From a virus (Duplodnaviria > Heunggongvirae > Uroviricota > Caudoviricetes): 64,000 nucleotides of DNA. The translations under genes and the position numbers were made by a program. The notes under the pieces were generated by a model. That model had not been told where the DNA came from. It saw nothing but the letters and a program-made list of their open reading frames with translations, and searched no databases. The stretch's first letter is position 1; every line of letters begins with the position of its first letter. Positions 1 to 10,050 of this stretch are shown one piece after another. The DNA lies in IMG/VR virus record IMGVR_UViG_3300025326_000020. The stretch is one strand, 5' to 3'.

Positions 1-31
1 TCTACGTACCTGGTCGTTTGCTTTCCGCAAC

Positions 32-325
32 TTGGTTGGTACTCAAGCTATTATACCTGATGACCCGCTAGAGGACTTCCTAAGAACTGAACTTGATCTA
101 CCACCAGCAGATCCTAGCACAGCACGAGTTATTGCAATGCCACAAGCACCGGGAGATTCTAGCTCTGGTGAAGGTGATGGTAATCCCAGTTCTAGGAATA
201 GCAAAGTAGATGAGCTTGCTAGTAATGTAGGACCACCCAGAGTTGGGCTTCCCCGCCAGAAAGCCAGCCCACCTGTGGGTACTCCTCAGCGTAATTCCGG
301 AACTGATCGTTCTGGTGGTAAGTGA
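32..325 (+). CDS. C-terminal part of an upstream virion/head-associated protein; the frame is open to the window edge and a TTG is the first in-window start
   Basis: ORF track; the reading frame has no stop back to position 2; Pro/Ser/Gly-rich tail. Confidence 0.4.
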   Translation: MVGTQAIIPDDPLEDFLRTELDLPPADPSTARVIAMPQAPGDSSSGEGDGNPSSRNSKVDELASNVGPPRVGLPRQKASPPVGTPQRNSGTDRSGGK

Positions 326-340
326 AGAAAGGAGTAGTAG

Positions 341-598
341 ATGCGGCAGAACGGCATTGTGTCAGCACGCCAACAGCGGCTGGAACAGCTAAAACCATCG
401 ATTGAATCAGTGCGTCAGAAAGCTGTCATAAGTCTGTCGGAGCGCACCAAAATGATGATAAAAAAGACTGCTAAGAGGATTGCCAAGCGTGGGCGGATGA
501 CCTACGATGAAGCCGTAGTCAGTCTCGTCGACACTCATCGTAGATCATCTGAGGTGGCGCGACGTAGAAATCCTCGACCTGATGATGAAAGAGGATAA
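341..598 (+). CDS. hypothetical small basic protein
   Basis: ORF with AGGAG-like RBS; Lys/Arg-rich. Confidence 0.45.
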   Translation: MRQNGIVSARQQRLEQLKPSIESVRQKAVISLSERTKMMIKKTAKRIAKRGRMTYDEAVVSLVDTHRRSSEVARRRNPRPDDERG

Positions 599-609
599 GG
601 AGATAACAG

Positions 610-1737
610 ATGACGAGAGCTAGTTATCTCGTTGACGTCGCAGGCTTAGCCTTCGATGAGCAAAATGGCGTAAAGTCATCTTGGGTACATGCACTTCCTA
701 TTGGTAGCTTTAAGCATCAAGTCTACGGTACTATTGATGTTAACGCAGAGCGAGCCAAGCGGTTTGCTGACAATGTTAATAACAATGTTCGTGGAATTGA
801 CCCAAGTATCAACTTCGTACACAACAACGCGGATGTTGCTGCTGGTTGGGTTAAGAAGGGTGAAGCTCGATCAGACGGTGTATGGCTGTTTGTCGAGTGG
901 ACCAATGATGCTGCTACTGCTATTGCAGAAAAGAAGTGGCGCTACTTCTCATCTGAATTTGAGGATGAGTGGGAAGACAACCAGGGTGTCAAGCACAAGG
1001 ATGTAATGTTCGGTGGAGCACTGACTAACCGACCATTCATGAAGAACATGGTACCAGTCAACCTAAGTGAAACTACGGTTGATATTGCCTTTGATCTCGT
1101 CTCTGCCATTACTGGCAAAGAAGTTGACGCCTTGAAGGGAGGGAATGGTATGCCACTAAGCGAAGATGATCTTAAGAAGATTGTGGAAGGTGTTGCTACT
1201 AAGTTGGCAGAAGGAAAACCGACTCCAACTCCAACACCAGAGCCTACTCCTAGCCTTCGAGAGATTCCTGAGCTAAAGCAGCTTGCAGAAGAGAACCCAA
1301 TGGTTGAACTTTTGATCAAGCACGTTGAAGCTCAGAAGGTTGAAGCTGCCCAGAGTGCAGTAGCACTTAAGGAAGCTGATGTACAGCGTAAGCTTTCTGA
1401 TTTCGACCGTTCCAAGATTGTGCTTACGCCGGTTGCGCGTAAGATTGCGGCTGAACTTGCAATGGAAATGCCAACCGCACTTAGTGAGCGGTTCTGGACG
1501 CTAATGACTGAGATGAAGCGCGGTTCTTCGTTCCTAGTGGAACTAGGTGAACGTGCTGGCGCTACGGTTAACTATGGCAACCAGAAGTCTGCGGTTAAGC
1601 TGTTCGAAGAACTATCTACTAGAGTTCGGGAAGAGCGTAAGATTTCTGCTGCGGATGCTTATGAAGCCGTTGCTAATGACAATCCAGAACTATACCGTCG
1701 CTACCGTCACGAGTTAATGGAAGGAGTGGCTAGCTAA
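610..1737 (+). CDS. prohead protease/scaffolding protein (Mu gpI-like fusion)
   Basis: N-terminal WVHALPIGSF...YGTIDV motif typical of phage prohead protease; coiled-coil Ala/Glu/Lys-rich C-terminus; sits immediately upstream of the capsid gene. Confidence 0.65.
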   Translation: MTRASYLVDVAGLAFDEQNGVKSSWVHALPIGSFKHQVYGTIDVNAERAKRFADNVNNNVRGIDPSINFVHNNADVAAGWVKKGEARSDGVWLFVEWTNDAATAIAEKKWRYFSSEFEDEWEDNQGVKHKDVMFGGALTNRPFMKNMVPVNLSETTVDIAFDLVSAITGKEVDALKGGNGMPLSEDDLKKIVEGVATKLAEGKPTPTPTPEPTPSLREIPELKQLAEENPMVELLIKHVEAQKVEAAQSAVALKEADVQRKLSDFDRSKIVLTPVARKIAAELAMEMPTALSERFWTLMTEMKRGSSFLVELGERAGATVNYGNQKSAVKLFEELSTRVREERKISAADAYEAVANDNPELYRRYRHELMEGVAS

Positions 1738-2147
1738 TGGCTAATTACATCGGCCTGGACAAAGGCTATCTAGTTCTTTCCACCTATAACACTTCGGCGG
1801 CTGCTGGTGTTTTAAACTATCGGTTTGTCAAGACTGGTGGTTCTCAGGGCGTCATTGACCTTAATGTGCTGGCAACTACAATTGTGCTAGGTGTGGTTCA
1901 GGAAAACATTGATGCGGCGAAGGTGCTAACTGGTAAGGCTGTTGCCAACGTTCGCATGGGTGGCATTTCTAAGATGGTTGCTGGTGCTGCTGTTACAGTT
2001 TACACCGAAATCATGTCAGACACCACAGGACGCGCAATTACTGCTGTTACTGCTTCTAACCGTGTGCAGGGTCTAGCGCTACAGACTGCTGGTGCTGCTG
2101 GCGACATTATTGATGTCTTCCTTGGTATCAACGGACGTATCATCTAG
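1737..2147 (+). CDS. small head protein (decoration/DUF2190-like) between scaffold and capsid
   Basis: gene order and size; start overlaps the previous stop (ATGA-style overlap). Confidence 0.5.
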   Translation: MANYIGLDKGYLVLSTYNTSAAAGVLNYRFVKTGGSQGVIDLNVLATTIVLGVVQENIDAAKVLTGKAVANVRMGGISKMVAGAAVTVYTEIMSDTTGRAITAVTASNRVQGLALQTAGAAGDIIDVFLGINGRII

Positions 2148-2170
2148 TTTTTGAAGGGAGGGAAAGGTAA

Positions 2171-3151
2171 ATGCCAGCTTACAATCCTACCGGTTCTGGC
2201 AACGTACACATTGATCAGGTTCTTACCCAGATCAGTGTTGGTTGGCCGAATAACGGATTAGTCGGAGAACGTTTGCTACCGAGCGTTAAGGTAGTAAAGC
2301 AATCTGACAAGTATTACATCTTTGGCCGCGAAGGTTGGCTGCCGGAGCAGGATGAGCGTGCGCCAGGTTCAGTGGCAAACGAGATTTCTGGACTTGCGGT
2401 CTCGCTTGACACTTACTATGCACGTGAGCACTCTCTTCAGATTGCAGTTACGGACGAGGAGCGGGAGAATGTAGATTCTCCTCTTGCACCGGACCGCGAT
2501 GCTACTGAGATGGTTACGTCTAAGATCATGCTCGGCCGTGAGGTTGCTATTAAGAACCTAGTTACCACAACTGGTAACTATGCTTCTACTCTTAGCACAA
2601 CTCTTGCCGGTGCCGCACAGTGGAACTCTGCCAACTACGCAACATCTGATCCTATTTCGGATTTGCGTACTGGTAAGGCTGCTGTGCACGCGCGTATCTT
2701 CATGGAGCCTAACACCCTAGTGGTGCCTTACCAGGTTATGACCGCACTAGAAGACCACCCGGACTTCCTAGAGCGTATTAAGTACAGTGAGCGCGCCATC
2801 TTCAGCCCAGAGCTTCTAGCTGCTGTGCTTGGATTTAGCTCGGTTGTTGTTCCTGGTGTTGGTATCAACACAGCAAACCTTGGTGCAACTCCTACCCTTG
2901 GTTACCTATGGGGTAAAGATGTTGTAATGGCATGGGTGCCACCACGAGCAGGACTCAAGATTCCAGCATTTGGATATGAGTATACTTGGGGTACGCAGTA
3001 TGTCGACCGCTGGCGCGAGGAACCACGTAAGTCTGATCTTATTCGGGCTGCGCGTCGTTATGACCTAAAGCTGGTGGCGCAAGGTGATACTGGTTCTGCG
3101 GACGCTGGTAAGGCTATTGCTGGTTACCTAATCAAAGCGGCCATCGCCTAA
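2171..3151 (+). CDS. major capsid protein (lambda gpE-like family)
   Basis: 326 aa with GGAAAGG RBS; N-terminal sequence and size resemble Phage_cap_E family; position follows protease/scaffold. Confidence 0.7.
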   Translation: MPAYNPTGSGNVHIDQVLTQISVGWPNNGLVGERLLPSVKVVKQSDKYYIFGREGWLPEQDERAPGSVANEISGLAVSLDTYYAREHSLQIAVTDEERENVDSPLAPDRDATEMVTSKIMLGREVAIKNLVTTTGNYASTLSTTLAGAAQWNSANYATSDPISDLRTGKAAVHARIFMEPNTLVVPYQVMTALEDHPDFLERIKYSERAIFSPELLAAVLGFSSVVVPGVGINTANLGATPTLGYLWGKDVVMAWVPPRAGLKIPAFGYEYTWGTQYVDRWREEPRKSDLIRAARRYDLKLVAQGDTGSADAGKAIAGYLIKAAIA

Positions 3152-3170
3152 TTGAAAGGGAGAAGCAATT

Positions 3171-3500
3171 ATGCCAAAGAAGCTCTTTGCAGTAACTAAC
3201 ATTAAAGTCGGAAATGATGCTGGAGAATTCTTCGTTGCAGGTACTGAGATTGATGTCGCAAAGTTTTCTCGTGAGACTCTATTAGAGTTGCACGAAGCTG
3301 GAGCAGTAGAAGTTCGTACAGTTGATGCGGAACCAGAAGCAGCACCACATGAGGATTTTGAGGCTGCTGTTGGTACTACTGAGACAGTAACCGCTACTAC
3401 TGGCGTTAATGTTACTACACCAGTAGTTCCTGCGGCAACCGTTGCAGCGCCTGCTACTCCTGCCAAGTCGACAGAAACGTCAAAGCCTGCTGATAAGTAG
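3171..3500 (+). CDS. hypothetical head protein with Ala/Pro/Thr-rich C-terminus
   Basis: ORF with RBS GGGAGAAG; low-complexity tail. Confidence 0.5.
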   Translation: MPKKLFAVTNIKVGNDAGEFFVAGTEIDVAKFSRETLLELHEAGAVEVRTVDAEPEAAPHEDFEAAVGTTETVTATTGVNVTTPVVPAATVAAPATPAKSTETSKPADK

Positions 3501-3516
3501 TAGAAATTGAGGAGTA

Positions 3517-3972
3517 ATGAGTATGCTGATTACTCCCTCTGACGCTCAAGGGTGGGCAGAGTCAACAAAGTTGGCTGTGTCCACTCTTGATGCGTCATTA
3601 GTGGGTCAAATTACAGCCGAGGTACTAGCTCGGCTAGCAACAACATACGATGTAACTACCTGGCTTGATCCTGCAAGTACTCCACTTGTGGTCAAGGTCA
3701 TTATTGCAAAGAGCTACGTTGCTTGGCTTTACGATAGACAATACAGTGAAAACCAGCAGGACGGCAATGATTACGCTGCGTTACTGCGTATTAACGCTGA
3801 AATGTTGATCACAGGTCTAATTGATGGAACCATTGATATTCCAGGTGTCCCGCCATCTGGTGGTTCTGGTGTGCCGTCATTCTATCCTAATGATGCATCT
3901 TCGGCTCAGGAACCAACATTTGATGATCCATCATTAGGCCCAGCCAAGTTCTCTATGGGTAAAGTGTTTTAA
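3517..3972 (+). CDS. head-tail connector/adaptor protein
   Basis: position and size in the head-tail joining block. Confidence 0.5.
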   Translation: MSMLITPSDAQGWAESTKLAVSTLDASLVGQITAEVLARLATTYDVTTWLDPASTPLVVKVIIAKSYVAWLYDRQYSENQQDGNDYAALLRINAEMLITGLIDGTIDIPGVPPSGGSGVPSFYPNDASSAQEPTFDDPSLGPAKFSMGKVF

Positions 3973-4701
3973 ATGCCTAAAACACCTGGATTTCCTAGAC
4001 CTAATGTTAGTACTATAGCTGCGGCAATTTCTGGTACTGGTCCTGGTGGTGCGGGTATTGGTAGAGGTTTTCGGGCTACCGGCATTGGAATGATGCATTT
4101 TCTAATCGATGATCATGGTAAATTTTATGGTGGCGCAGGGTTAAATGCAACCAGAATAGATAAACTCGGAATGAGTTTTAAGAGTTTTCAACCGGCTTTG
4201 AAAGCATCGTTAGATGAAGTCATCATTCCATCAATAAAACAGAACTTCATTGAACAAGGTAGACCAAAATGGCAAAAACTTTCGTCTAGAACAATAAAAA
4301 ATCGTCTATATGAAGGCTACCCAAGAGGACCTATTCTTGACAAAACAGGAGTATTGAAAAAGGCAGCAGGTAGAAAAAACAACTGGGAAATTCAAACACA
4401 TATACTTAAATTTCGATCTATATATTTCTCACAAAAGGTTCCATATGCTGGTTACCATCAAAAGGGATCAGCAACTAGAATGACTGGAGTCGCTGGATTT
4501 CTTAATGCCAGTTCGGCATTCCCAGAAGGAATGTGGAGTCATGCTAGTCAACGACCCAAAGGTGTACAAAGAATGCCAGCGAGGCCATTCCTACGGTTAA
4601 CAGATTCAGAAGTGACAGAAATTCATGGTATCTTCATAGCTTTCATGCTGGTGAAGGTAGAAAAATACTGGGGATCTGGAAGTGATGGTTTAGGCATATG
4701 A
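3973..4701 (+). CDS. virion morphogenesis/head-tail joining protein (gpS/Mu gpG-like)
   Basis: sequence resembles the phage virion morphogenesis family; gene order. Confidence 0.5.
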   Translation: MPKTPGFPRPNVSTIAAAISGTGPGGAGIGRGFRATGIGMMHFLIDDHGKFYGGAGLNATRIDKLGMSFKSFQPALKASLDEVIIPSIKQNFIEQGRPKWQKLSSRTIKNRLYEGYPRGPILDKTGVLKKAAGRKNNWEIQTHILKFRSIYFSQKVPYAGYHQKGSATRMTGVAGFLNASSAFPEGMWSHASQRPKGVQRMPARPFLRLTDSEVTEIHGIFIAFMLVKVEKYWGSGSDGLGI

Positions 4702-5156
4702 CTGGTCCACACACTGATGACGACACTGTGGTAGCAGAAGCTATCTATAACTTAATTGTGTCTAACCAGGCTGATCTCCAACTTGATGATGTATTATACG
4801 GAAATCATAATGTAATTCCTCGTTCTAGTGCAGCGGTGGTAACTGCTGCTGGACATCGACGGGAATTAGCTGGTGTATCTGCTCCAGGTGGTAGAACTGA
4901 AAATGGGTTAATGGTTATAATAGAACTACACTGGAGCAAAGTTGGCGATGAAGCCACAGAACGTCGGGCTTGTGATGCCAGAGGTAAATTACTAGAAAAC
5001 CTAATTCACACTGATACTACCATTGGTGGCCTCATTATTCACGGTTTTGTTACTGATGTTGACCGAGGCGAAACCCAAATTGCGAACAATAGTATGTTCA
5101 GATCAGTGCGAATGTCGTTCTTAGGAAAGACCAAGACATATCTATCTCCTAGTTAA
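4698..5156 (+). CDS. tail completion/neck protein (hypothetical)
   Basis: start overlaps upstream stop by 4 nt; position. Confidence 0.5.
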   Translation: MTGPHTDDDTVVAEAIYNLIVSNQADLQLDDVLYGNHNVIPRSSAAVVTAAGHRRELAGVSAPGGRTENGLMVIIELHWSKVGDEATERRACDARGKLLENLIHTDTTIGGLIIHGFVTDVDRGETQIANNSMFRSVRMSFLGKTKTYLSPS

Positions 5157-5165
5157 GGAAGTAGC

Positions 5166-5369
5166 ATGCATTTCGTGCTTGAGTCCGACCGTGACGTGCT
5201 TGTAGACGGTATAGGACTATTACCGGCTGGGCAGCCAGTAGATGTCACGGCTGAAGCTCAGCACATGTTCAAAACAATACATAATGTGCCTAAACTTGGT
5301 GGGGCAAACTTTCCACCATTTGTGTCAGTAACTGCGGTTATCGACACTGAGTCGGAAGGAGGAAACTAG
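5166..5369 (+). CDS. hypothetical small virion protein
   Basis: ORF with GGAAG RBS. Confidence 0.4.
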   Translation: MHFVLESDRDVLVDGIGLLPAGQPVDVTAEAQHMFKTIHNVPKLGGANFPPFVSVTAVIDTESEGGN

Positions 5370-6643
5370 TGACCATTGGCATTGGTGCGGGTGGTATAGC
5401 TGGACTGGCAATTGAACAATTGCCACCACCAGTACAAGCCACTGCCACAACCTCGACGTCTGGTGGTACTCTACCGACTGCATCACTATATCGGTACTAT
5501 GTAACTGCGATTAATGATAATGGAGAAACCACAGTCAGCAATGAGCAATCAGTTACTACTGGTGCTGGTGCTACTAACTCCAATACTGTTAACTGGGCTG
5601 CTGTAACTGGCGCAACCGGATATCGTATTTACCGCACGGCCGCCGCTGGTGCCTCAGGATCTGAGCTATTCCTGGTGGCTGTGGGTGTTGTGGTAACATA
5701 CATAGATACTGGTTCGTTGTCACCTGCTGGTGCTTATCCACTAACTAATACTGCGGTAACACCTGGTACCTATGTAGCTCCAACTAAATTCTTCCCATTC
5801 CTTAGTGAGTCAGTTAACTCTACCAATGAAACTGTTTGGCGTCGACCTATTCGTCAGTCAGCAGATATAATTGGTGCAGTGGCTGGCAATTATCACCCAG
5901 AGGGTGATCTGAGTATGGAAGCCATGGAGGATGTACTAATTTACTTCCTCTGGGCTAATCGAACAACTATTGTCAAAACTGGATCGGCGCCGGACTTTAC
6001 TTATACTATTACTCCGACCTCGGCCGCGGTAGCCAATAAGACGATGTCGTTAACAATCGTACGTAATGGCATCGTGTTTGGTTACACCGGCATTTGTACT
6101 TCTAACTTCAACTTTACCATTGAAGAAGGATTACTCAACTTCGGTACATCGCTAATGGGTAGGGATGAAGCGGTACAAGCAGTACCAATACCAACTTGGC
6201 CTACTACAGTGCCGTTCGGAGCTGGGCAGTATACTATTGAAATTCCAACGGGTAGCACGGTGCTTGACACTGATACCTTTGAATTCTCAGTTGAAGACAA
6301 CGCAACTCCACAGTTCCGACTAAAGTCTACTGGACGTGGGGCTCAGTTCATTCAGTATGGTGAGCGGTCTTCGACGATGACAATGGATCGAGACTTTGAA
6401 TCACGTGTTGATTATGACAACTTCAAAAATGTAACTGCGCAAAGTGTAACTTTGACCGCTAGCAAGGGCGCGAATAACTCGGTGTCGATCGTGGCTCCGG
6501 TGGCAATTAAAGACACGTTCGAGGTGAACCTGAGCGGTCAGGGCGACCTGGTTCGTGCATCCATTGCCTACCAAAATGTCATTGATGGTACTGGTAAGTC
6601 TTGGCAGCTTGTTATAAAAACGCAAGAGGACATTATTCCATAA
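5369..6643 (+). CDS. major tail protein with inserted FN3/Ig-like domain
   Basis: LYRYYVTAINDNGET...TGYRIYRT is an FN3-like motif; gene precedes the chaperone pair and tape measure. Confidence 0.6.
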   Translation: MTIGIGAGGIAGLAIEQLPPPVQATATTSTSGGTLPTASLYRYYVTAINDNGETTVSNEQSVTTGAGATNSNTVNWAAVTGATGYRIYRTAAAGASGSELFLVAVGVVVTYIDTGSLSPAGAYPLTNTAVTPGTYVAPTKFFPFLSESVNSTNETVWRRPIRQSADIIGAVAGNYHPEGDLSMEAMEDVLIYFLWANRTTIVKTGSAPDFTYTITPTSAAVANKTMSLTIVRNGIVFGYTGICTSNFNFTIEEGLLNFGTSLMGRDEAVQAVPIPTWPTTVPFGAGQYTIEIPTGSTVLDTDTFEFSVEDNATPQFRLKSTGRGAQFIQYGERSSTMTMDRDFESRVDYDNFKNVTAQSVTLTASKGANNSVSIVAPVAIKDTFEVNLSGQGDLVRASIAYQNVIDGTGKSWQLVIKTQEDIIP

Positions 6644-6652
6644 GAAGGCAAT

Positions 6653-7156
6653 ATGTTCGAAAAGGAAAACGTACTGAGTTGGCAGAATATTATTCATGTT
6701 ATAGAAATCTTGATTGCCTATTATTTTGGTAAGTATGTAGGTCGTAAGTACGCAGTAAGAGGAGCAAGAAAAATGCCTATCGGTGTTATAGTTAATAATG
6801 TGTCTGACAAGTTGCCATTGTTGACACTTCCGCCAGATGGATATGTTATTGTACGTAGGATGAACTACGGTGAAACCCTACAACGTTCTGCGATGGCTAC
6901 TAAGTTTATTGTAGGTAGCGACGCTAACAATAGCAAGAACTTCAGCGGTGAGATGGACATTCAAACTGAGGAAGTTGCGTTTTGGGATTTTGCTAACCTA
7001 GTTGTTGAGCACAACGTACAAGATAAGGATGGTAGAGTTCTAAACTTTAAAGATCGTCGAGATGTAGCTAAACTTGATGCCCCTGTGGGTACTGAGATCG
7101 GTAAGGTCATCGATGACTTTAATGCAGCAGAGGAATCAGATGCAGTAAAAAACTAA
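6653..7156 (+). CDS. tail assembly chaperone (G-like)
   Basis: immediately upstream of tape measure; ends in the slippery A_AAA_AAC-TAA sequence. Confidence 0.65.
   Translation: MFEKENVLSWQNIIHVIEILIAYYFGKYVGRKYAVRGARKMPIGVIVNNVSDKLPLLTLPPDGYVIVRRMNYGETLQRSAMATKFIVGSDANNSKNFSGEMDIQTEEVAFWDFANLVVEHNVQDKDGRVLNFKDRRDVAKLDAPVGTEIGKVIDDFNAAEESDAVKN
7147..7153 (+). promoter_or_regulatory. -1 programmed ribosomal frameshift heptamer A_AAA_AAC
   Basis: canonical X_XXY_YYZ heptamer with zero-frame codons AAA AAC followed by TAA; the -1 frame continues into 7156..7395. Confidence 0.6.
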
Positions 7157-7395
7157 TGCAAGAGCTACGCAAAATTATCTTAGTACCTAGTGCTAAGAAG
7201 GTAGCTCAAGAAACTATTGCAATCCTAAACATGGTTCGTATGTGTGAAAAATTTAATACATTTCCTCGTGCTGGTGGATTATTTGATCAGGATGCATTAT
7301 TTGTAACCATACTAAACTATATTATGGTATGCGATTACGAGCATGATCGGATGGAAGAGGCAAAGACAAACGCACGGGCCAGAAGTGGTCGTTAG
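7156..7395 (+). CDS. tail assembly chaperone frameshift extension (T-like); probably expressed as a -1 fusion with 6653..7156
   Basis: in the -1 frame relative to the upstream ORF; starts at the slippery site. Confidence 0.55.
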   Translation: MQELRKIILVPSAKKVAQETIAILNMVRMCEKFNTFPRAGGLFDQDALFVTILNYIMVCDYEHDRMEEAKTNARARSGR

Positions 7396-7407
7396 AGGAG
7401 AATCTTC

Positions 7408-10050
7408 GTGCCATTTAGCGCTACCCGCGATTTATGGTTGGTACTCAAAGCACGGGATGAAGGTACCCGGGCTATGCGAAGCTTTTCCCGAGATGTTCGT
7501 CAAGTTGGAGATACTGTAAGACAAGCACATTTGATGGCTGCCAGATCAGCACTACAACAGCAAATGGCGGTAGATAGATTAGCTGGTGCGTCAAGATCAC
7601 ATTTGCTGGTACAACAGCGTCAGTTGCAAACGATGGATGGTCAGATCTCCAAAGAGAAAATGGCCCGAGCCACGATGGAAGAACATCGTGTTTCGGCACA
7701 AAGACTATCTAGCACGTTTGGTGGTTTAGCAGCCGCAGCAGCAGCTATGGGTACAACAATGACGGTTGCTGGTGTACTTGGCTTAGTTGGTATGCATGGT
7801 CTTATCGAATCTGCAATTGACTATCAAAAACAATCATCGCTAACCAGAACACAGGTTGATAAATTTGCAGTTTCACTACGCGACATTGAAGATATTGGTC
7901 TTAGAGTTGCTGCTGCTATTGGTGTGCCATTTGAACAAATTCAAACAGCGTTGTTCGATATTTTCTCCTCAATGGAAGTCAATGCCAAAGATGCTGAAAA
8001 ACTTCTTATGATTTTTGCTAAGGCTGCTGTTGCTGGTCAAACAGATATTCAATCTGCTTCTAGAGCCACCATTGGTATTCTAAACGCGTTCCATTTGCCA
8101 TTATCTAAAGTTAACCATCTTATGGACTTGCAATTCCAACTAGTGCAGGAGGGTGTTGGAACATACGAGGAATGGACCCAACGTATTGGTCTAGTTACTC
8201 CATCAGCGGCTCGTGCTGGTCAGTCAGTTGAAACAATGCTTGCAGCTTTGGCTGCTACTACTCGTATGGGTATTTCGGCTGCTCGTTCTGGTACTGCTGT
8301 GGCTCGTGCCTTTGATGCCATGTCCAACCCAAAGACGGTAAAACAGTTAAAGCTACTTGGTGTTAACGCGGTTGACGCAAAGGGTAATTTCAGACCATTA
8401 ATTGATGTTCTTGGCGAATTTAGAACTGCAATTATGAAGTTGCCTAAGGCAGATAGAATTGCTAAGATTCTTGAAGTCTTCAAGGGTGCTGGTGGAACTA
8501 TTGAAGCTAGACGGTTCCTACAGAACATGCTATTGACGCCAGGAAACCTTGAATTATTCAAAACTATTTTTGATGAAATGAGCAAAGAGACTGGTTCATT
8601 CGAAAAAGCCTATGCAATTATGGCAGATACCGCTGCAACTAAGTCTGAGTTGCTAAAGAACAAGTGGCAGACTGTAAAAATTGCTGCTGGTGAAGCATTA
8701 ATTCCGACTTTCCTGAAGATCATAGATTTTATTGGTAGAATGCTAGACAAGTTCAACAAGCTTAGTCCAGCTACTAAAGAGTTTATTGTAAAAGGTTTGG
8801 CAATATTCGCTATATTCTCGTTGGTTGTTGGTGTGCTACTACTAGTTGTTGGTGGTATTCTAGCTTTTGCTGCCGCTATTGCGGTGGTTGGTGCACCAAT
8901 ACTGATTGCCATTGCTGCCGTTGGAGCGCTCGGTGCGGGTCTTCTTATCCTGGGTGGTTATTTTGTAACCGCCTATAAAAAGAGTCAAGATTTCCGGGAT
9001 AGGGTTTCTGAGGTATTTAAGCGTCTAAAAGCTGTTTGGGATGAAGTTGTCAAGCCAACTTTTGAGGGCATTAAGAAAGCCTTTGATGAACATCTAAAGC
9101 CCGTACTAGAATCATTGCAAAAAGTTATTAGAGAAAAGGTAATTCCGGTACTAGATGCACTATCAAAAAAGATTTGGGAAGAGTGGCTACCGGCACTTAA
9201 GGAACTAGGTCGTGATATTCAACAATATGCAATGGAAATTTTCCGTGCTTTTGGTATGCTGATCAAGCAATTCCTTATTCCAATCATCGAAAAGTTGATT
9301 GATTGGTACCATGAACATAAAGAAACTGTTGACATGGTTGTTGCTGGTTTGCTTTGGTTTATAAAGTGGATAATGAAGATAATTCTACTATTTATAGCCC
9401 TAACCATATTGATTAGTGGTAGTGCACTAATAGGTGCCCTAGCCGCTCTTATTACAATTTTTGGTCTTATTGCTGCGGCTGTCATTTGGGTCGTCGATCG
9501 AGTTCGAGATGTCATTACCTGGTTTAGGCGTTTAGGTGATCAGTCTCATCTAGTAAAAGCAAAAGTCATTACTGCCTTTGATGCCTTGGTAGCATATATT
9601 AAGAATATTCCTGGTCGCATTGTAGCGGTATTTGGCAGCGCAGCTACTATGCTTTGGAATGCCGGTAAAAACATAATTAATGGTTTGGTTGGTGGAATGA
9701 AGGAGGCAATTGCCGGAGGTGCTATTGCAAAGGCTGCCGCAGCAGCGGCTCAGCAGGTTGCCGACCATTTACCACACTCACCAGCCAAAATGGGACCCCT
9801 ATCAGGTAAGGGTAGTCCATTCAGATCTGGTCAGAATATTAGTAGAATGCTTTCTAATGGTATGATAAGTAAACTTGGTCTAATCAATAGAGCTAACAAT
9901 GCGGTAGCTGGTATGGCCGGCTTTGGTGCTGGTGGCGCAATTGGTGCTGGCGGCAAAAATATTCACCAAGAAATTACAATCAATACTCAGGAAATAAGTC
10001 CACGTCGGCAAGCTGCTGAGCTAGGTTGGCTTTTCGCGGGGAGAATGTAA
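7408..10050 (+). CDS. tail tape measure protein
   Basis: 880 aa; helical Ala/Gln-rich N-terminus; multiple hydrophobic transmembrane-like segments in the middle; Gly-rich C-terminus; classical position. Confidence 0.8.
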   Translation: MPFSATRDLWLVLKARDEGTRAMRSFSRDVRQVGDTVRQAHLMAARSALQQQMAVDRLAGASRSHLLVQQRQLQTMDGQISKEKMARATMEEHRVSAQRLSSTFGGLAAAAAAMGTTMTVAGVLGLVGMHGLIESAIDYQKQSSLTRTQVDKFAVSLRDIEDIGLRVAAAIGVPFEQIQTALFDIFSSMEVNAKDAEKLLMIFAKAAVAGQTDIQSASRATIGILNAFHLPLSKVNHLMDLQFQLVQEGVGTYEEWTQRIGLVTPSAARAGQSVETMLAALAATTRMGISAARSGTAVARAFDAMSNPKTVKQLKLLGVNAVDAKGNFRPLIDVLGEFRTAIMKLPKADRIAKILEVFKGAGGTIEARRFLQNMLLTPGNLELFKTIFDEMSKETGSFEKAYAIMADTAATKSELLKNKWQTVKIAAGEALIPTFLKIIDFIGRMLDKFNKLSPATKEFIVKGLAIFAIFSLVVGVLLLVVGGILAFAAAIAVVGAPILIAIAAVGALGAGLLILGGYFVTAYKKSQDFRDRVSEVFKRLKAVWDEVVKPTFEGIKKAFDEHLKPVLESLQKVIREKVIPVLDALSKKIWEEWLPALKELGRDIQQYAMEIFRAFGMLIKQFLIPIIEKLIDWYHEHKETVDMVVAGLLWFIKWIMKIILLFIALTILISGSALIGALAALITIFGLIAAAVIWVVDRVRDVITWFRRLGDQSHLVKAKVITAFDALVAYIKNIPGRIVAVFGSAATMLWNAGKNIINGLVGGMKEAIAGGAIAKAAAAAAQQVADHLPHSPAKMGPLSGKGSPFRSGQNISRMLSNGMISKLGLINRANNAVAGMAGFGAGGAIGAGGKNIHQEITINTQEISPRRQAAELGWLFAGRM

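Noticed and set aside
723-1319. ORFs nested in or antisense to the protease/scaffold gene (689..1006 +, 723..905 -, 942..1319 -)
   Set aside because: They are shadow ORFs inside a longer, motif-supported gene.
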